64,000 bases of DNA from Myxococcota bacterium (GTDB taxonomy: Bacteria > Myxococcota_A > UBA796 > CAJQPC01). Position 1 is the first letter of the stretch, and the number at the start of each line of letters is the position of its first letter. The notes under the pieces are model-generated. The model saw nothing but the letters and a program-made list of their open reading frames with translations. It had not been told where the DNA came from and searched no databases. A program made the translations under genes and the position numbers. Shown one piece after another: positions 32,389-42,154 of this stretch. The stretch lies in the NCBI GenBank assembly GCA_036012755.1, contig DASCPX010000070.1, positions 272,837 through 336,836 of the forward strand. The letters are read 5' to 3'.

Positions 32389-33474
32389 ATGCTTCCCAAT
32401 CACGATCTCGTCGACCACGACTTCCAGCACGTCCTCTACGAGCGGCGCCCTGTCCTGGGCCCGGGTGGCCAGCCCGTCGAGGGGCTCCACAACGTCTGGA
32501 TCGTGCTGAACAACCCGAGCCAGCTCAACTCCTACACGACGGACATGGTGAAGGAGGTCATCCTCGCCTTCCGCAAGGCCAGCTGTGACCGTCGCGCGGT
32601 CGCCGCGGTCTTCACCGGCGCCGGGGACCGAGCCTTCTGCACCGGCGGGAACACCAAGGAGTACGCAGAGGTCTACGCCGGCCATCCAGAGGAGTACCGC
32701 CAGTACATGCGGCTCTTCAACGACATGGTCACGGCGATCCTCCACTGCGACAAGCCGGTCATCTGCCGGGTCAACGGGATGCGCATCGGCGGCGGTCAGG
32801 AGATCGGCATGGCCTGCGACTTCTCGATCGCCCATGACATGGCCCGCTTCGGCCAGGCGGGGCCCCGTCACGGCAGCGCCCCGGACGGTGGCAGCACCGA
32901 CTTCCTCCCGCTCTACGTCAGCGTCGAGCAGGCGATGCTCAGCTGCACCGCCTGCGCGCCCTGGAGCGCCCACAAGGCCTTGCGTCTCGGCCTGATCACC
33001 GACATCGTGCCCGCCCTGCGCGTCGACGGGGACTTCGTCGCCAACCCCCTGGTCTGGACCGATGGCTCCTACGACAGCTTCGGGCGGCCTCGCCACGGCG
33101 AGCCCAAGACCGGCGCCGACAAGCAGGCCGCGAAGGCTGTCCTCGCCAGCGGCGAGATGGACCTGTCGCTCCTGGATGCCGCGGTGGACAAGCTCTGCAG
33201 CGATCTCTTGATGACCATGCCCGGCTGCCTCACCAAGACCATCGAGTCCATTCGGAAGCACAAGCTGAGCTGTTGGGACAAGAACCGGGAGACGAACCGC
33301 GCGTGGCTGGGTCTCAACATGATGACCGAGGCAAACGCTGGCTTCCGGGCCTTCAACGAGGGCACCCGTGGGGCGCGCGAGGTGAACTTCCCCGAGCTGC
33401 GCCGGCGCCTCGCCGCCGGAGAAGGCTGGAGCGAGGAGCTCATCCAGGCTGTCCTGCCCGGAGAGCGCTCGTGA
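32389..33474 (+). CDS. oah: 6-oxocyclohex-1-ene-1-carbonyl-CoA hydrolase
   Basis: QLNSYTTDMVKEVILAF, AFCTGGNTKEYAE, GMRIGGGQEIGMACD, AWLGLNMMTEA. Confidence 0.95.
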   Translation: MLPNHDLVDHDFQHVLYERRPVLGPGGQPVEGLHNVWIVLNNPSQLNSYTTDMVKEVILAFRKASCDRRAVAAVFTGAGDRAFCTGGNTKEYAEVYAGHPEEYRQYMRLFNDMVTAILHCDKPVICRVNGMRIGGGQEIGMACDFSIAHDMARFGQAGPRHGSAPDGGSTDFLPLYVSVEQAMLSCTACAPWSAHKALRLGLITDIVPALRVDGDFVANPLVWTDGSYDSFGRPRHGEPKTGADKQAAKAVLASGEMDLSLLDAAVDKLCSDLLMTMPGCLTKTIESIRKHKLSCWDKNRETNRAWLGLNMMTEANAGFRAFNEGTRGAREVNFPELRRRLAAGEGWSEELIQAVLPGERS

Positions 33475-34220
33475 TCGAGTGCCGCACGGAGGGCGGGGTC
33501 GAGCGCGTCGTCCTGTCCCGCCCGCGGGCCAACGTCATGGACCACGACATGATCGACGCCCTCCGAGCTCACATCGAGGTGCTGAGCTCCAGGCCGGAGA
33601 CAAAGCTCGTCGTGTTCGAGGGAGCGGGCAAGCACTTCAGCTTCGGGGCCTCGGTCGAGGAGCACCTCCCCGACCAGATCGCCGAAATGCTCCCGGGCTT
33701 CCACGCGCTCTTCCACGATCTGGAGGCCCTGGGTGTGCCCACCGCGGCCATCGTGCGCGGGCAGTGTCTCGGCGGCGGAGCCGAGCTGGCCACCTGGTGC
33801 GGGCGCGTGTTCGCGGACGGCAGCGCGCATGTCGGCTTCCCCGAGGTCGTCCTCGGGGTCTTCCCGCCCATCGCGGCTCTCTCCCTTGGCTGGCGCACCG
33901 GGGGGCGCATGGCCACCGAGCTCGTCATCACCGGTCGAGTGCTCGGAGCCGAGGAAGCAGAGACCGCCGGCCTGATCGACGACCTCTCCTCGGAGCCCGA
34001 GCAGGCCATGCGCCGCTGGTACCAGGACTCGCTCGAGCCGCGCTCGGCCCATGGCCTCAGGCACGCCTGGAGGGCCGCTCGGGCGCCTGTGCGCCGGGCC
34101 CTGGAGAGCGACCTGCCCCTCCTCGAGAGCCAGTACCTCGACGAGCTCATGGCGCACCCGGATCCCACAGAGGGTCTGACAGCCTTCATCGAGCGTCGCC
34201 CGCCACGGTGGGCCACCTGA
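33471..34220 (+). CDS. dch: Cyclohexa-1,5-dienecarbonyl-CoA hydratase (crotonase family)
   Basis: RPRANVMD, HFSFGASVEEH, GQCLGGGAEL, PEVVLGVFPP, YLDELM..D..EGL.AF; GTGA overlap with oah. Confidence 0.88.
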   Translation: MIECRTEGGVERVVLSRPRANVMDHDMIDALRAHIEVLSSRPETKLVVFEGAGKHFSFGASVEEHLPDQIAEMLPGFHALFHDLEALGVPTAAIVRGQCLGGGAELATWCGRVFADGSAHVGFPEVVLGVFPPIAALSLGWRTGGRMATELVITGRVLGAEEAETAGLIDDLSSEPEQAMRRWYQDSLEPRSAHGLRHAWRAARAPVRRALESDLPLLESQYLDELMAHPDPTEGLTAFIERRPPRWAT

Positions 34221-34230
34221 GTAGAGCGGC

Positions 34231-35608
34231 TCAGCTCATGGCGAGGCCGTACTTCTCCAGGCGGTAGCGCAGCGCGTAGCGCGTGATCCCGAGCAGGCGG
34301 GCCGCCGCCGACTGGTTGCCGTTGGTGCGGTCCATGGCCTGCTCGATCAGGCTGCGCTCGACGGCGTCGAGATCCACGCCGCTCTCGGGCAACAGGAAGG
34401 GGGCTCCGGTCGCCGTGCCCTGATGTCTCCAGCCATAGCGCACCTCCGGAGGGAGGTGGTCGACCTCGATGATCTCGTGGGGCTCCAGGATGACCATCCG
34501 CTCGATGACGTTGCGGAGCTCGCGGACGTTGCCCGGCCAGGGGTAGGACTGCATGCGGTCCAAGGCCGCGGCCGACAGGCCCTTCACGTCTCTCCGGAAG
34601 GAGCGGTTGAAGCGCTCCAGGAAGTGGTCCACCAACCGTGGGATGTCCTCGCGTCGCTCCCGCAGCGAGGGGATGGTGATGCGGATGACGTTGAGACGGA
34701 AGTAGAGGTCCTCGCGAAACCTGCCCGCCTCGACCTCCGCAGCGAGATCCCGGTTCGTGGCAGCGATGACCCCGGCGTCCAGCCGGATGGGGCTGACGCC
34801 CCCAACGCGCTTGAAGGTGCGGGACTCGAGGGCTCTGAGCAGCTTCGCCTGGGTCCCGGTCGACATCTCTCCGATCTCGTCCAGGAAGATCGTCCCGCCT
34901 TCGGGCGACCTCGAACAGGCCCCGCTTGGTGGTCTTGGCGTCGGTGAAGGAGCCGCGCTCGTGGCCGAAGAGCTCTGACTCGATGAGCTGCTCGGGTAGC
35001 GCCGCGCAGTCGACCTCCATCATCGGGCCCTTCTTGCGAGGCCCCCTGTCGTGGATGGCGTGGGCGATGAGGTCCTTTCCGGTGCCGCTCTCTCCGGAGA
35101 GCAGGACCGTCGGCGTCTCCACGTCCTCGAGTCGCCGGAGCATCTCGAAGAGCTTCCGCATGGCGGTCGACTCACCGATGATCGAGGCGTAGCCGCTGGA
35201 GCGGCGCTCGCGCAGGTAGTGGACCTCTGTCGCCAGGCGGTGGGCCTCCAGCCCCTTCTCGATCGCCAGGGCGACCTCGCGCAGGTCGAAGGGCTTCGAG
35301 AGGTAGCCGTGCGCTCCGAGCTGCGTCGCCGCGACCGCGCTGTCGACCGCGCCGTGCGCCGTGAGCACCACGACGGGAAGGTCTCGACCGGACTTCCGAA
35401 TGGCCCGGATGAGCTCCAGCCCGCCCATGCGCGGCATCTTCAGGTCGGTCAGCACCAGGTCGGGAGCGTGCTCTTCGACTCGCTGGAGCCCTTCCTTGCC
35501 GTCGCGGGCCTCGATCACGCGATAGCCAAGTGCAGTCATGTGCTCGTTGATGGACCAACGGATGAGTTCCTCGTCGTCGACGACGAGGACTGTGGCTTTC
35601 TCACTCAT
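34231..35608 (-). CDS. Sigma54-dependent response regulator (frameshift ~34900)
   Basis: VLVVDDE, DLKMP, GESGTGKD, ELFGHERGSFTDA, FREDLYFRL, WPGNVREL, Fis HTH. Confidence 0.92.
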
Positions 35609-35682
35609 GGATGGGTCGTCGCACGTGGTCTTGGGGGGCTTGGGAATCCCATTCACATGGTTTGCAAGGGTCGGGCCATTCC

Positions 35683-35698
35683 TGGCACGCCACTTGCT
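35683..35698 (+). promoter_or_regulatory. Sigma54 -24/-12 promoter for crp/fnr-CBS
   Basis: TGGCACG-CCAC-TTGCT, consensus match, divergent from the sigma54 activator. Confidence 0.85.
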
Positions 35699-35713
35699 CG
35701 GTACCATGACGTG

Positions 35714-36358
35714 ATGAACCAACTCAGCAATCTCGGCGAGGTCATCCGCTGGAGGCGCGGCGAGCGCCTCTGGGACGAGGGACAAGGCGTGAAAGGTCTC
35801 GTCGTCGTCCGATCAGGTGCCCTCGAGCTCCAGAAGACCCACTCCTCCGGGGTGCTCTCTCTCGATCTCGTCGTCCGAGGCGAGATCGCAGGGACAGAGG
35901 CGTTGGTGTGCGACGCGAAGTACGGGCACTCGGCTGTCGGCGTCGGCTACGGCTCTGGCACCTGGGTCCCAGAGGCCCGGCTCTACGCCGCCATGCTCGA
36001 CACGCCGGATCTCGGGGCGGAGATCTTCCGCGCGCACCTGGCCCGCTGTGGGCGCATCGCGACGGCCTTCGCGGACTTGGAGTTCGCCCCGGTAGAGGCT
36101 CGCGTCGCCCGGCTCATGCTGCGGCTCTGCGACACCATCGGGCTGCCGGACGCTCGGGGGACCTTCATCCCCTTGCGCCTGTACAAGGTCCAGATCGCGC
36201 GCCTGACAGCCTGCCGTGCCGAGACCGTCATCCGCCTGCTGAAGCGCTGGCGCGAGCGGGAGATCCTCCTCGCCCAGCGCGAGGGTTTCGTGGTCCCCGA
36301 CCGTGGTCGCGTCTCTGCCCTGGTCGACGTGGAGGAGGAGTGCTCGTACGCGATGTGA
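35714..36358 (+). CDS. Crp/Fnr family transcriptional regulator
   Basis: RGERLWDEG, VRSG, GEIAG, VEARVARL, QIARLTACRAETVIR HTH; no N-terminal FNR Cys cluster. Confidence 0.88.
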   Translation: MNQLSNLGEVIRWRRGERLWDEGQGVKGLVVVRSGALELQKTHSSGVLSLDLVVRGEIAGTEALVCDAKYGHSAVGVGYGSGTWVPEARLYAAMLDTPDLGAEIFRAHLARCGRIATAFADLEFAPVEARVARLMLRLCDTIGLPDARGTFIPLRLYKVQIARLTACRAETVIRLLKRWREREILLAQREGFVVPDRGRVSALVDVEEECSYAM

Positions 36359-36756
36359 TGACGCCTGATCCGCTCTGCACGGCACCGAATGCCACGCTGG
36401 GCGAGGCCCTGGACATGATGACCCGCTACGAGATCCACGAGCTGCCGGTCACCAACGACGGCGTGCTCGCTGGCATCGTCACCCAGCGGGACCTGCTCAC
36501 GGTCCTCGGAAGGGCTGTCCTCACCCTCGACGTCGACGACGCCGATCCGGACCAGCTCCAGTCCCTCGTCGAAGAGGTGATGACGACCGAGGTGGAGGCC
36601 GTGCGAGAGTGGACAGGCTTGGGATCGGCTTGCCGCATGCTGGCCAACTACCGCATCGGCTCGCTCCCCGTGGTCGACAACGATCGGCGCGTGGTCGGAC
36701 TCCTGAGCATCACCGACGTGCTCACCGCAGCGGCGGAACAGCTGGACCGGCGATAG
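36340..36756 (+). CDS. CBS-domain protein
   Basis: VRDVMT, LPV...GIVTQRDL, VEEVMT, LPVV...GLLSITDV. Confidence 0.9.
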   Translation: MLVRDVMTPDPLCTAPNATLGEALDMMTRYEIHELPVTNDGVLAGIVTQRDLLTVLGRAVLTLDVDDADPDQLQSLVEEVMTTEVEAVREWTGLGSACRMLANYRIGSLPVVDNDRRVVGLLSITDVLTAAAEQLDRR

Positions 36757-36868
36757 CATCGCGGCTGTGTGAGTTGACACAGGTCGGAGTGCCTCCTGGC
36801 ACGCTGACGGCGCCTCGTAGACTCGCGCCAGCTGGCGGATGGGCGGAAAACGTGTTCTCGTCGATGTC

Positions 36869-38179
36869 ATGCTGACCGTAGAGGAGCTCGCCGCATTCGA
36901 CCGTCCGGTCCCGCGCTACACGAGCTACCCCACGGTGCCGGTCTGGGGTCCCCTTCCACCGGAGCGGACCACCGCAGCGCTGCAGGCGATCAAGGGCCCC
37001 GCCCAGCTCTACGTCCACGTTCCTTTCTGTCGAGAGCAGTGCTCCTTCTGTGCCTGCAACCAGGTGGTCGCTGGTCGCCGCGACGCTGGTGACCGCTTCC
37101 TGGACGCCCTCGAGCTCCAGCTGGAGCGCCAGCCGCGGGTGGAGGTCGGTCGTGTCCACCTCGGGGGAGGCACGCCGACCTGGCTCGACGTTCCGCAGCT
37201 CCGGCGGCTCTGGCTGGCCCTCTCCAGCCACTTCCCACCGGTGCCTGGCGCCGAGCTCTCGGTGGAGGCCGATCCGGAGGTCACCACCCAGGAGCAGATC
37301 CGGGCCCTGACGGGCTGGGGCTTCCGTCGGCTCTCGCTGGGGGTCCAGTCCTTCGACCTGAAGGTGCTGACCGCGGTCAACCGTCCCCAGCTCGGAGATC
37401 GGGTCGAGGAGCTCCTCCGCTTCGCGCGCGAGCGCGGCTGGAGGGGGCTGAACGTGGACATCATGTACGGGCTGCCCCACCAGTCTCTGGAGAGCTTCGA
37501 GGCCACCTTGGAGCGAGTCATCGAGCTGCGCCCGGATCGCCTGGCGGTCTTCGGCTATGCGCACGTCCCCTGGCTTCGCCGCCACCAGCGAGCCATCGAC
37601 GAGGCCGTCCTCCCGGATCGAGAGGTCCGGAGCGCCTGCGTGCTCGCCGCCCAACGCGAGCTGGTCGGGGCTGGCTACGCGGCCATCGGCTTCGACCACT
37701 TTGCCTTGCCCACCGACGAGCTGGCGCAGGGGCCTCGCACGCGGAACTTCATGGGCTATTCGGTTCGAGGTGGGGACATGATCGGCCTCGGGCCGAGCGC
37801 TATCAGCGACGTCGCCGGCGTGATGTGGCAGGACGAGCTGGGGCTGGGCGCCTGGATGCGCAAGCTGCGAGCCGGCGAACCGCTGGCCGTTCGGGGATGG
37901 GTGCGCGACCGCGAAGACGACCTTCGGGAGGCGGTCATCCACGGGCTGATGTGCGACCTGGTAGTAGACGTCGAGGCCGTCGAGGCCTTCTGGGGAATCG
38001 ACTTCGGCGAGCACTTCGCGGCCGAGCTGGACGAGCTCCATCCCCTGGTCGACGAGGGTCTCGTCGATGTCGGCTTCGCCCACCTCCGCGTCACCGAGCG
38101 GGGGCGCCCGCTGGCCCGGCTCGTAGCGCGCGCATTCGACGCGAGGCGGAGCCCCGCTCGTCACTCCCAGACCGTGTAG
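36869..38179 (+). CDS. hemN: Oxygen-independent coproporphyrinogen III oxidase
   Basis: PRYTSYPT, LYVHVPFCREQCSFCAC, GGGTPT, YAHVPW, DHFALP, RNFMGY. Confidence 0.95.
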   Translation: MLTVEELAAFDRPVPRYTSYPTVPVWGPLPPERTTAALQAIKGPAQLYVHVPFCREQCSFCACNQVVAGRRDAGDRFLDALELQLERQPRVEVGRVHLGGGTPTWLDVPQLRRLWLALSSHFPPVPGAELSVEADPEVTTQEQIRALTGWGFRRLSLGVQSFDLKVLTAVNRPQLGDRVEELLRFARERGWRGLNVDIMYGLPHQSLESFEATLERVIELRPDRLAVFGYAHVPWLRRHQRAIDEAVLPDREVRSACVLAAQRELVGAGYAAIGFDHFALPTDELAQGPRTRNFMGYSVRGGDMIGLGPSAISDVAGVMWQDELGLGAWMRKLRAGEPLAVRGWVRDREDDLREAVIHGLMCDLVVDVEAVEAFWGIDFGEHFAAELDELHPLVDEGLVDVGFAHLRVTERGRPLARLVARAFDARRSPARHSQTV

Positions 38180-38206
38180 GCCAGCAGGGACCGGGGTCCA
38201 GCGAGC

Positions 38207-39400
38207 TCAGTCTGGATCTGCCGGCTGCCACTCGTCCAGCGGGCTCCGGGTCCACCACTGCTCGGGCAGGATCATGACTGGGGCCTCTGGCTCCCGGAGG
38301 GTCACGACGGGCACCAGGTTGTCGGCGAGCGCCGCCCCGGGGAGGTGGGCGCTGAGGAGGGGGGCGCTGCTTGCCAACACGACGCGACCCTCGGTCAGAC
38401 TTCGCGGCAACGACCGGGACCTGAAGTCGGGCCAGCTGGCGAGCAAGGACTCGTCGGGCCAGCGGGTTCCCGGGCCACGGTGTCCGTTGCGCATCTGCCA
38501 GAAGCGTCGATTGACCGAAGTGAGGAGCTCCGGCCTGCGCTCGAAGAGGGGGTCCAGCGCATAGCAGATCAGGCAGGTGCCGTCCTTTTGCGAGCCAGTC
38601 CGCACGGCCTCTGCGGCGAGCACCACGTGCCCCCAGGTCACGACGCCCTCGGACCACAGGCGCCCGCGAGCGTTGAGGGTCCGCGAGTTCGTCGGGGTGT
38701 TCAGGTTGTTCGAACCGAGCATCGCGTGCAACGGGAAGACGAATGACAGGGCCCGCTCGAGGAGCGCCTTGTACCGCCGTCGCTCTCGGGCCGGCGTCTT
38801 GAGGCGGGCCAGGCGGGCCAGGCGGGCCAGGGCGCGTCGACGCCCGTCTTCGGTCAGGGCGCCGTCCTGCTCGATGACGATGCGGGCCTTCTTGCCGGTC
38901 GCCACGATGGTGGCCTCCACCTCGAGCAGGCCGGACAGATCGTGAGCGAAGGAGATATCCACCGGCTGCGGGCCGTCGATCGGGGGGATGCCCGTCACGG
39001 TGAACTCGCCGAGCAGGCGGTTCTGCTCGGCGTAGCGGTGTTCTCCCTGGAAGACCCGGACGCACACCGCGGTCTGCTTCGGGTGCGTGGTCAGCACCTG
39101 CTCCACCCGACGGGCGGGCAGGGTGGTGTTCCTGTGGAGGACCGGCAGGTAGTAGCCGTCGAGGACCTGTTTCTCGGCGAAGCGCACGACCTGGACGCCC
39201 AGGGTGTGGCTGGTGACGTCGGTCACGACGACCTCGTCCACCGCGGCGTCACGAGCCACGAGCCCGGCCTGCCATGCGGCGCCCAGCGCGATGGCGTGAT
39301 CCGGATCGGGGCCGTCCGCTGGACCCTTCCCGAAGATCTCCCAGACCAGCTGCTGCACCGCCGGCATCCGGGGCGCTGGTCCGAGCTGGAGAACACCGTC
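38207..39400 (-). pseudogene. Hsp70 (HscC/DnaK-like) C-terminal fragment joined to an unrelated sequence
   Basis: RMPAVQ..., DPDHAIALGAA, TDVTSHTLGV, RNTTLP, VFQGE, NRLLGEF, HDLSGLLEV; most of the ATPase domain is missing; switches at ~38740. Confidence 0.75.
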
Positions 39401-39401
39401 C

Positions 39402-39899
39402 TCAGCACGACGGGATGGCGCCCGACCGCCCGGCAGCCAAGGCAGACCGCATGACCGCCGGCTTTCGATCATCGCGCCCCTCTGGCTCTCCCAAGAAGGG
39501 AAGGACCTGCGCGTCCGTAGGGCTCGGAACCTCGGGCTCAACGACAGCCCACGACCTTGGAAGCCCATCATCGAACCAGCGGGACTTCTCGATTCTCACG
39601 TTGAACTCCGAGACCGACAGGTGCACGTCGGGGTCATGAGCGACCCGGTGGCCGCCAAACGGAGTGCCCCTTGCGTTTTGATGCGCGATGCCGGCGATTC
39701 CAAGTGGGCCATTGGTGAGGTCTTCCCACCACTGGTCGCTCCCGCCAAGCGTCGTGATCGAGTCGATGAATGCCACGCGCCCACCGGTAGCCTCGAACTC
39801 GTGGAGCTCTGCGTCCACCTCGTGGAGGCTGCGGGAATCGCTGACAAGTGGCGATCCGGCCGGCCGGGGCCGCTTTGGGCCGGCCACACCGCCTTTCAC
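39402..39899 (-). CDS. Hypothetical protein/fragment in lower-GC segment
   Basis: 165-aa ORF with atypical codon usage; no recognisable motif. Confidence 0.3.
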   Translation of the reverse strand: MKGGVAGPKRPRPAGSPLVSDSRSLHEVDAELHEFEATGGRVAFIDSITTLGGSDQWWEDLTNGPLGIAGIAHQNARGTPFGGHRVAHDPDVHLSVSEFNVRIEKSRWFDDGLPRSWAVVEPEVPSPTDAQVLPFLGEPEGRDDRKPAVMRSALAAGRSGAIPSC

Positions 39900-39933
39900 C
39901 GCAGTGATTCCAGCTACTTAGGGCCAGCCTTCG

Positions 39934-41475
39934 CTACTCCACATAGCCGAGCGCCTCCAGGCGCCTTCTCTGCTCGTCGCTCAGGGGCGGCGGGACTTCG
40001 TCCACCAGCGCTCGGAGTCGCTCGAGGTGCGGCTGCATCGTCTCCGGGACGGGCTGCGGGTGGAGCTCCTGGGGATCGATGCGGAGGTCGTGCCAGACAG
40101 GCTCGCGGTCGGGGTGCAAGAGCAGCTTGCTGCCGTCGAAGCGGAGCGCGGCCCCACGTCTAGGGCCCTTCACCTGGTCAGGGGAGGGCGCCTGGGCGTG
40201 TGCTTGCTGGCCGGTGGTGTAGGCGAGGACCTCTCGCGTCTCGAGCTCCGGGATCTCGGCGAGCCCTGCGGCGGCCAGCACGAGGTCGTGGACCAGCGAC
40301 ACCCCGACGAGGCGCTCCCGTACCTCGCCGCTGTCCAACGCCCCGGGCCAGCGCACCACCAGGGGCACGCCCAGGGAGGGCTCCCAGAGTCGAGCGCCGT
40401 GGTTGAAGTAGTAGCCGTGCTCGTCGAGGCTCTCTCCGTGGTCTCCGACGACGAGGACGATCGTGTCCTCGTCGAGTCCGTCCAAGAGCGTCCCCAGCAG
40501 GTGATCCGTGTAGCGAATGGCGCTGCGATAGCGCAGCTTCTCGGTCTCCGGCTGGGCGCTCTGCAGGAAGGCCACGAGCGAGGTCAGGGTGCCCCGCTTG
40601 GCGTCGAGCACTGCCTGGTCGAGGTCGCGGGCCCGCTCCTCGGCCTCGTCGGAGGGCCGCCAGCGTGGTGGCACGACGTAGGGGGCGTGGGCGTCGTAGA
40701 GGTGGACCCAGACGAAGTCGGCGGTGTCGGGAGAGAGCCACGACAGCGCCCGCTCGACGGTCTCGTCCCCCCCCCGAACGTGGCCCCGGCGTGGGAGGTC
40801 GAGGCTGTCGACGACAGGCCACCAGTTCATTCGCTGACCCCAGCCCCAGCGGTCGTCGAAGTGGTGGAAGCCGCGGTCGAGCTCGGTGTGGCGGTCCAGC
40901 ACGTGAGCCGAGATGAAGGCCCCGGTCCGGTAGCCGGCCTCCGACAGAGCCGGGACGATCGTGTCGACCTCGACCGCGCGCCCGTTGGCGAGGAGCCCGT
41001 GCTCGTCGACCGGGAGTCCCGTCAGCATGCTCGCGTGGGCTGGCGCCGTCAGCGGGGCGGTCGTCACGGCCTGGGTGAAGCGCACGCCCTCGTCGGCGAG
41101 CCCGAGCAGCCTCGGCGTGAGGTCCGGGCGCACGTGGTCACCGCGGAAGGTGTCCAGCGTCACGAGCACGATGTCCGGCCCGTCACGCGCTCCGGACCCG
41201 GCCGAGACCTCCGGCGGCATGCCCGCCCAGCACCACGCCGACAGCGCCACCAGCGGCGGCAGCGGCCGCAGCACCCGCAGACGGCGGATCAGGAAGACCA
41301 GCTCCCAGCTGACCAGGGACAGGAGGTGGAGCGACAACAGCAGAGCAGGGCCCAGCACCCGCTCCCAGTCGAGGGCGATGCGGCTGTCGTGGCACCACGC
41401 CATCCATGCCGCGACCGAGCCCGCGAGGAGCCAGAGCCCCGCGGCGATCAGACGCGAGTGAGCTTGGCGCGCCAC
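39934..41475 (-). CDS. Membrane-anchored sulfatase/alkaline phosphatase superfamily protein
   Basis: N-terminal TMs; VTLDTFRGD, TAPAHASMLTG, WVHLYDAHAPY, GDHGE, LEALGYVE; start uncertain. Confidence 0.88.
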   Translation of the reverse strand: MARQAHSRLIAAGLWLLAGSVAAWMAWCHDSRIALDWERVLGPALLLSLHLLSLVSWELVFLIRRLRVLRPLPPLVALSAWCWAGMPPEVSAGSGARDGPDIVLVTLDTFRGDHVRPDLTPRLLGLADEGVRFTQAVTTAPLTAPAHASMLTGLPVDEHGLLANGRAVEVDTIVPALSEAGYRTGAFISAHVLDRHTELDRGFHHFDDRWGWGQRMNWWPVVDSLDLPRRGHVRGGDETVERALSWLSPDTADFVWVHLYDAHAPYVVPPRWRPSDEAEERARDLDQAVLDAKRGTLTSLVAFLQSAQPETEKLRYRSAIRYTDHLLGTLLDGLDEDTIVLVVGDHGESLDEHGYYFNHGARLWEPSLGVPLVVRWPGALDSGEVRERLVGVSLVHDLVLAAAGLAEIPELETREVLAYTTGQQAHAQAPSPDQVKGPRRGAALRFDGSKLLLHPDREPVWHDLRIDPQELHPQPVPETMQPHLERLRALVDEVPPPLSDEQRRRLEALGYVE

Positions 41476-42140
41476 TTCCAGGGCCGGTTCTCCCGCCGCT
41501 TGTACTTCGGCACGTGCTCGTGGGCGGCTACGGACTCGGCGAGGGCCCGCCGGGCTGCCTCCTTGTCCCCGAGCTCTCGGCAGCACAAGCCGAGCTTGTA
41601 GTAGCCCTCTGACGAGCTGGCGTTGGTCTCTACCAGGGCCTCGAAGGCCGTCCTCGCCCGCGCCCAGTCCTTGGCCGCGCGGTAGTGGTCCCCGACCACC
41701 ATCTGTGGCTCGCCGTAGAGCAGGTCCGGCCGGAGCTCCAGCGCCCTGTCGATGGCCGCGAGCCCCTCGTCGACGCGCTTGAGTCCGAGCTGCGCGCGGC
41801 CCAGGAAGTACCAGGCCTCTGCCGAGGTCTCGCGCCGCTCGACGACAGGGGCGAGGCTGGCCTCCGCCTGCTTCCACTGCTTGTGCTTCACGCACAGCTT
41901 GCCGTGGTCCAGGCGCAGGGTGAGGTCGTGTGGCCGGGCAGAGATCTCCTTGCCCAGCTGGCCGATCTGGCGCCGCTCGGAGATCCAGCCGAAGGGACTC
42001 CAGTAGCGGCCCCGGAGCTGGCCGCCGACCAGCCAGAAGAGCAGGGCTCCGGTGAAGATCAGGAAGACGGGGTCGGTGAGCAGGTAGAGCACGTCAGGAC
42101 CGTGCAGCTGAGCATGCGGAGAGCGCGACCATGGGAACAT
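41448..42140 (-). CDS. Membrane-associated TPR protein
   Basis: AEAWYFLGRAQ, ALELRP, GYYKLGLC helical repeats; start uncertain. Confidence 0.8.
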   Translation of the reverse strand: MFPWSRSPHAQLHGPDVLYLLTDPVFLIFTGALLFWLVGGQLRGRYWSPFGWISERRQIGQLGKEISARPHDLTLRLDHGKLCVKHKQWKQAEASLAPVVERRETSAEAWYFLGRAQLGLKRVDEGLAAIDRALELRPDLLYGEPQMVVGDHYRAAKDWARARTAFEALVETNASSSEGYYKLGLCCRELGDKEAARRALAESVAAHEHVPKYKRRENRPWKWRAKLTRV

Positions 42141-42154
42141 CGGCTTAACCGCCC

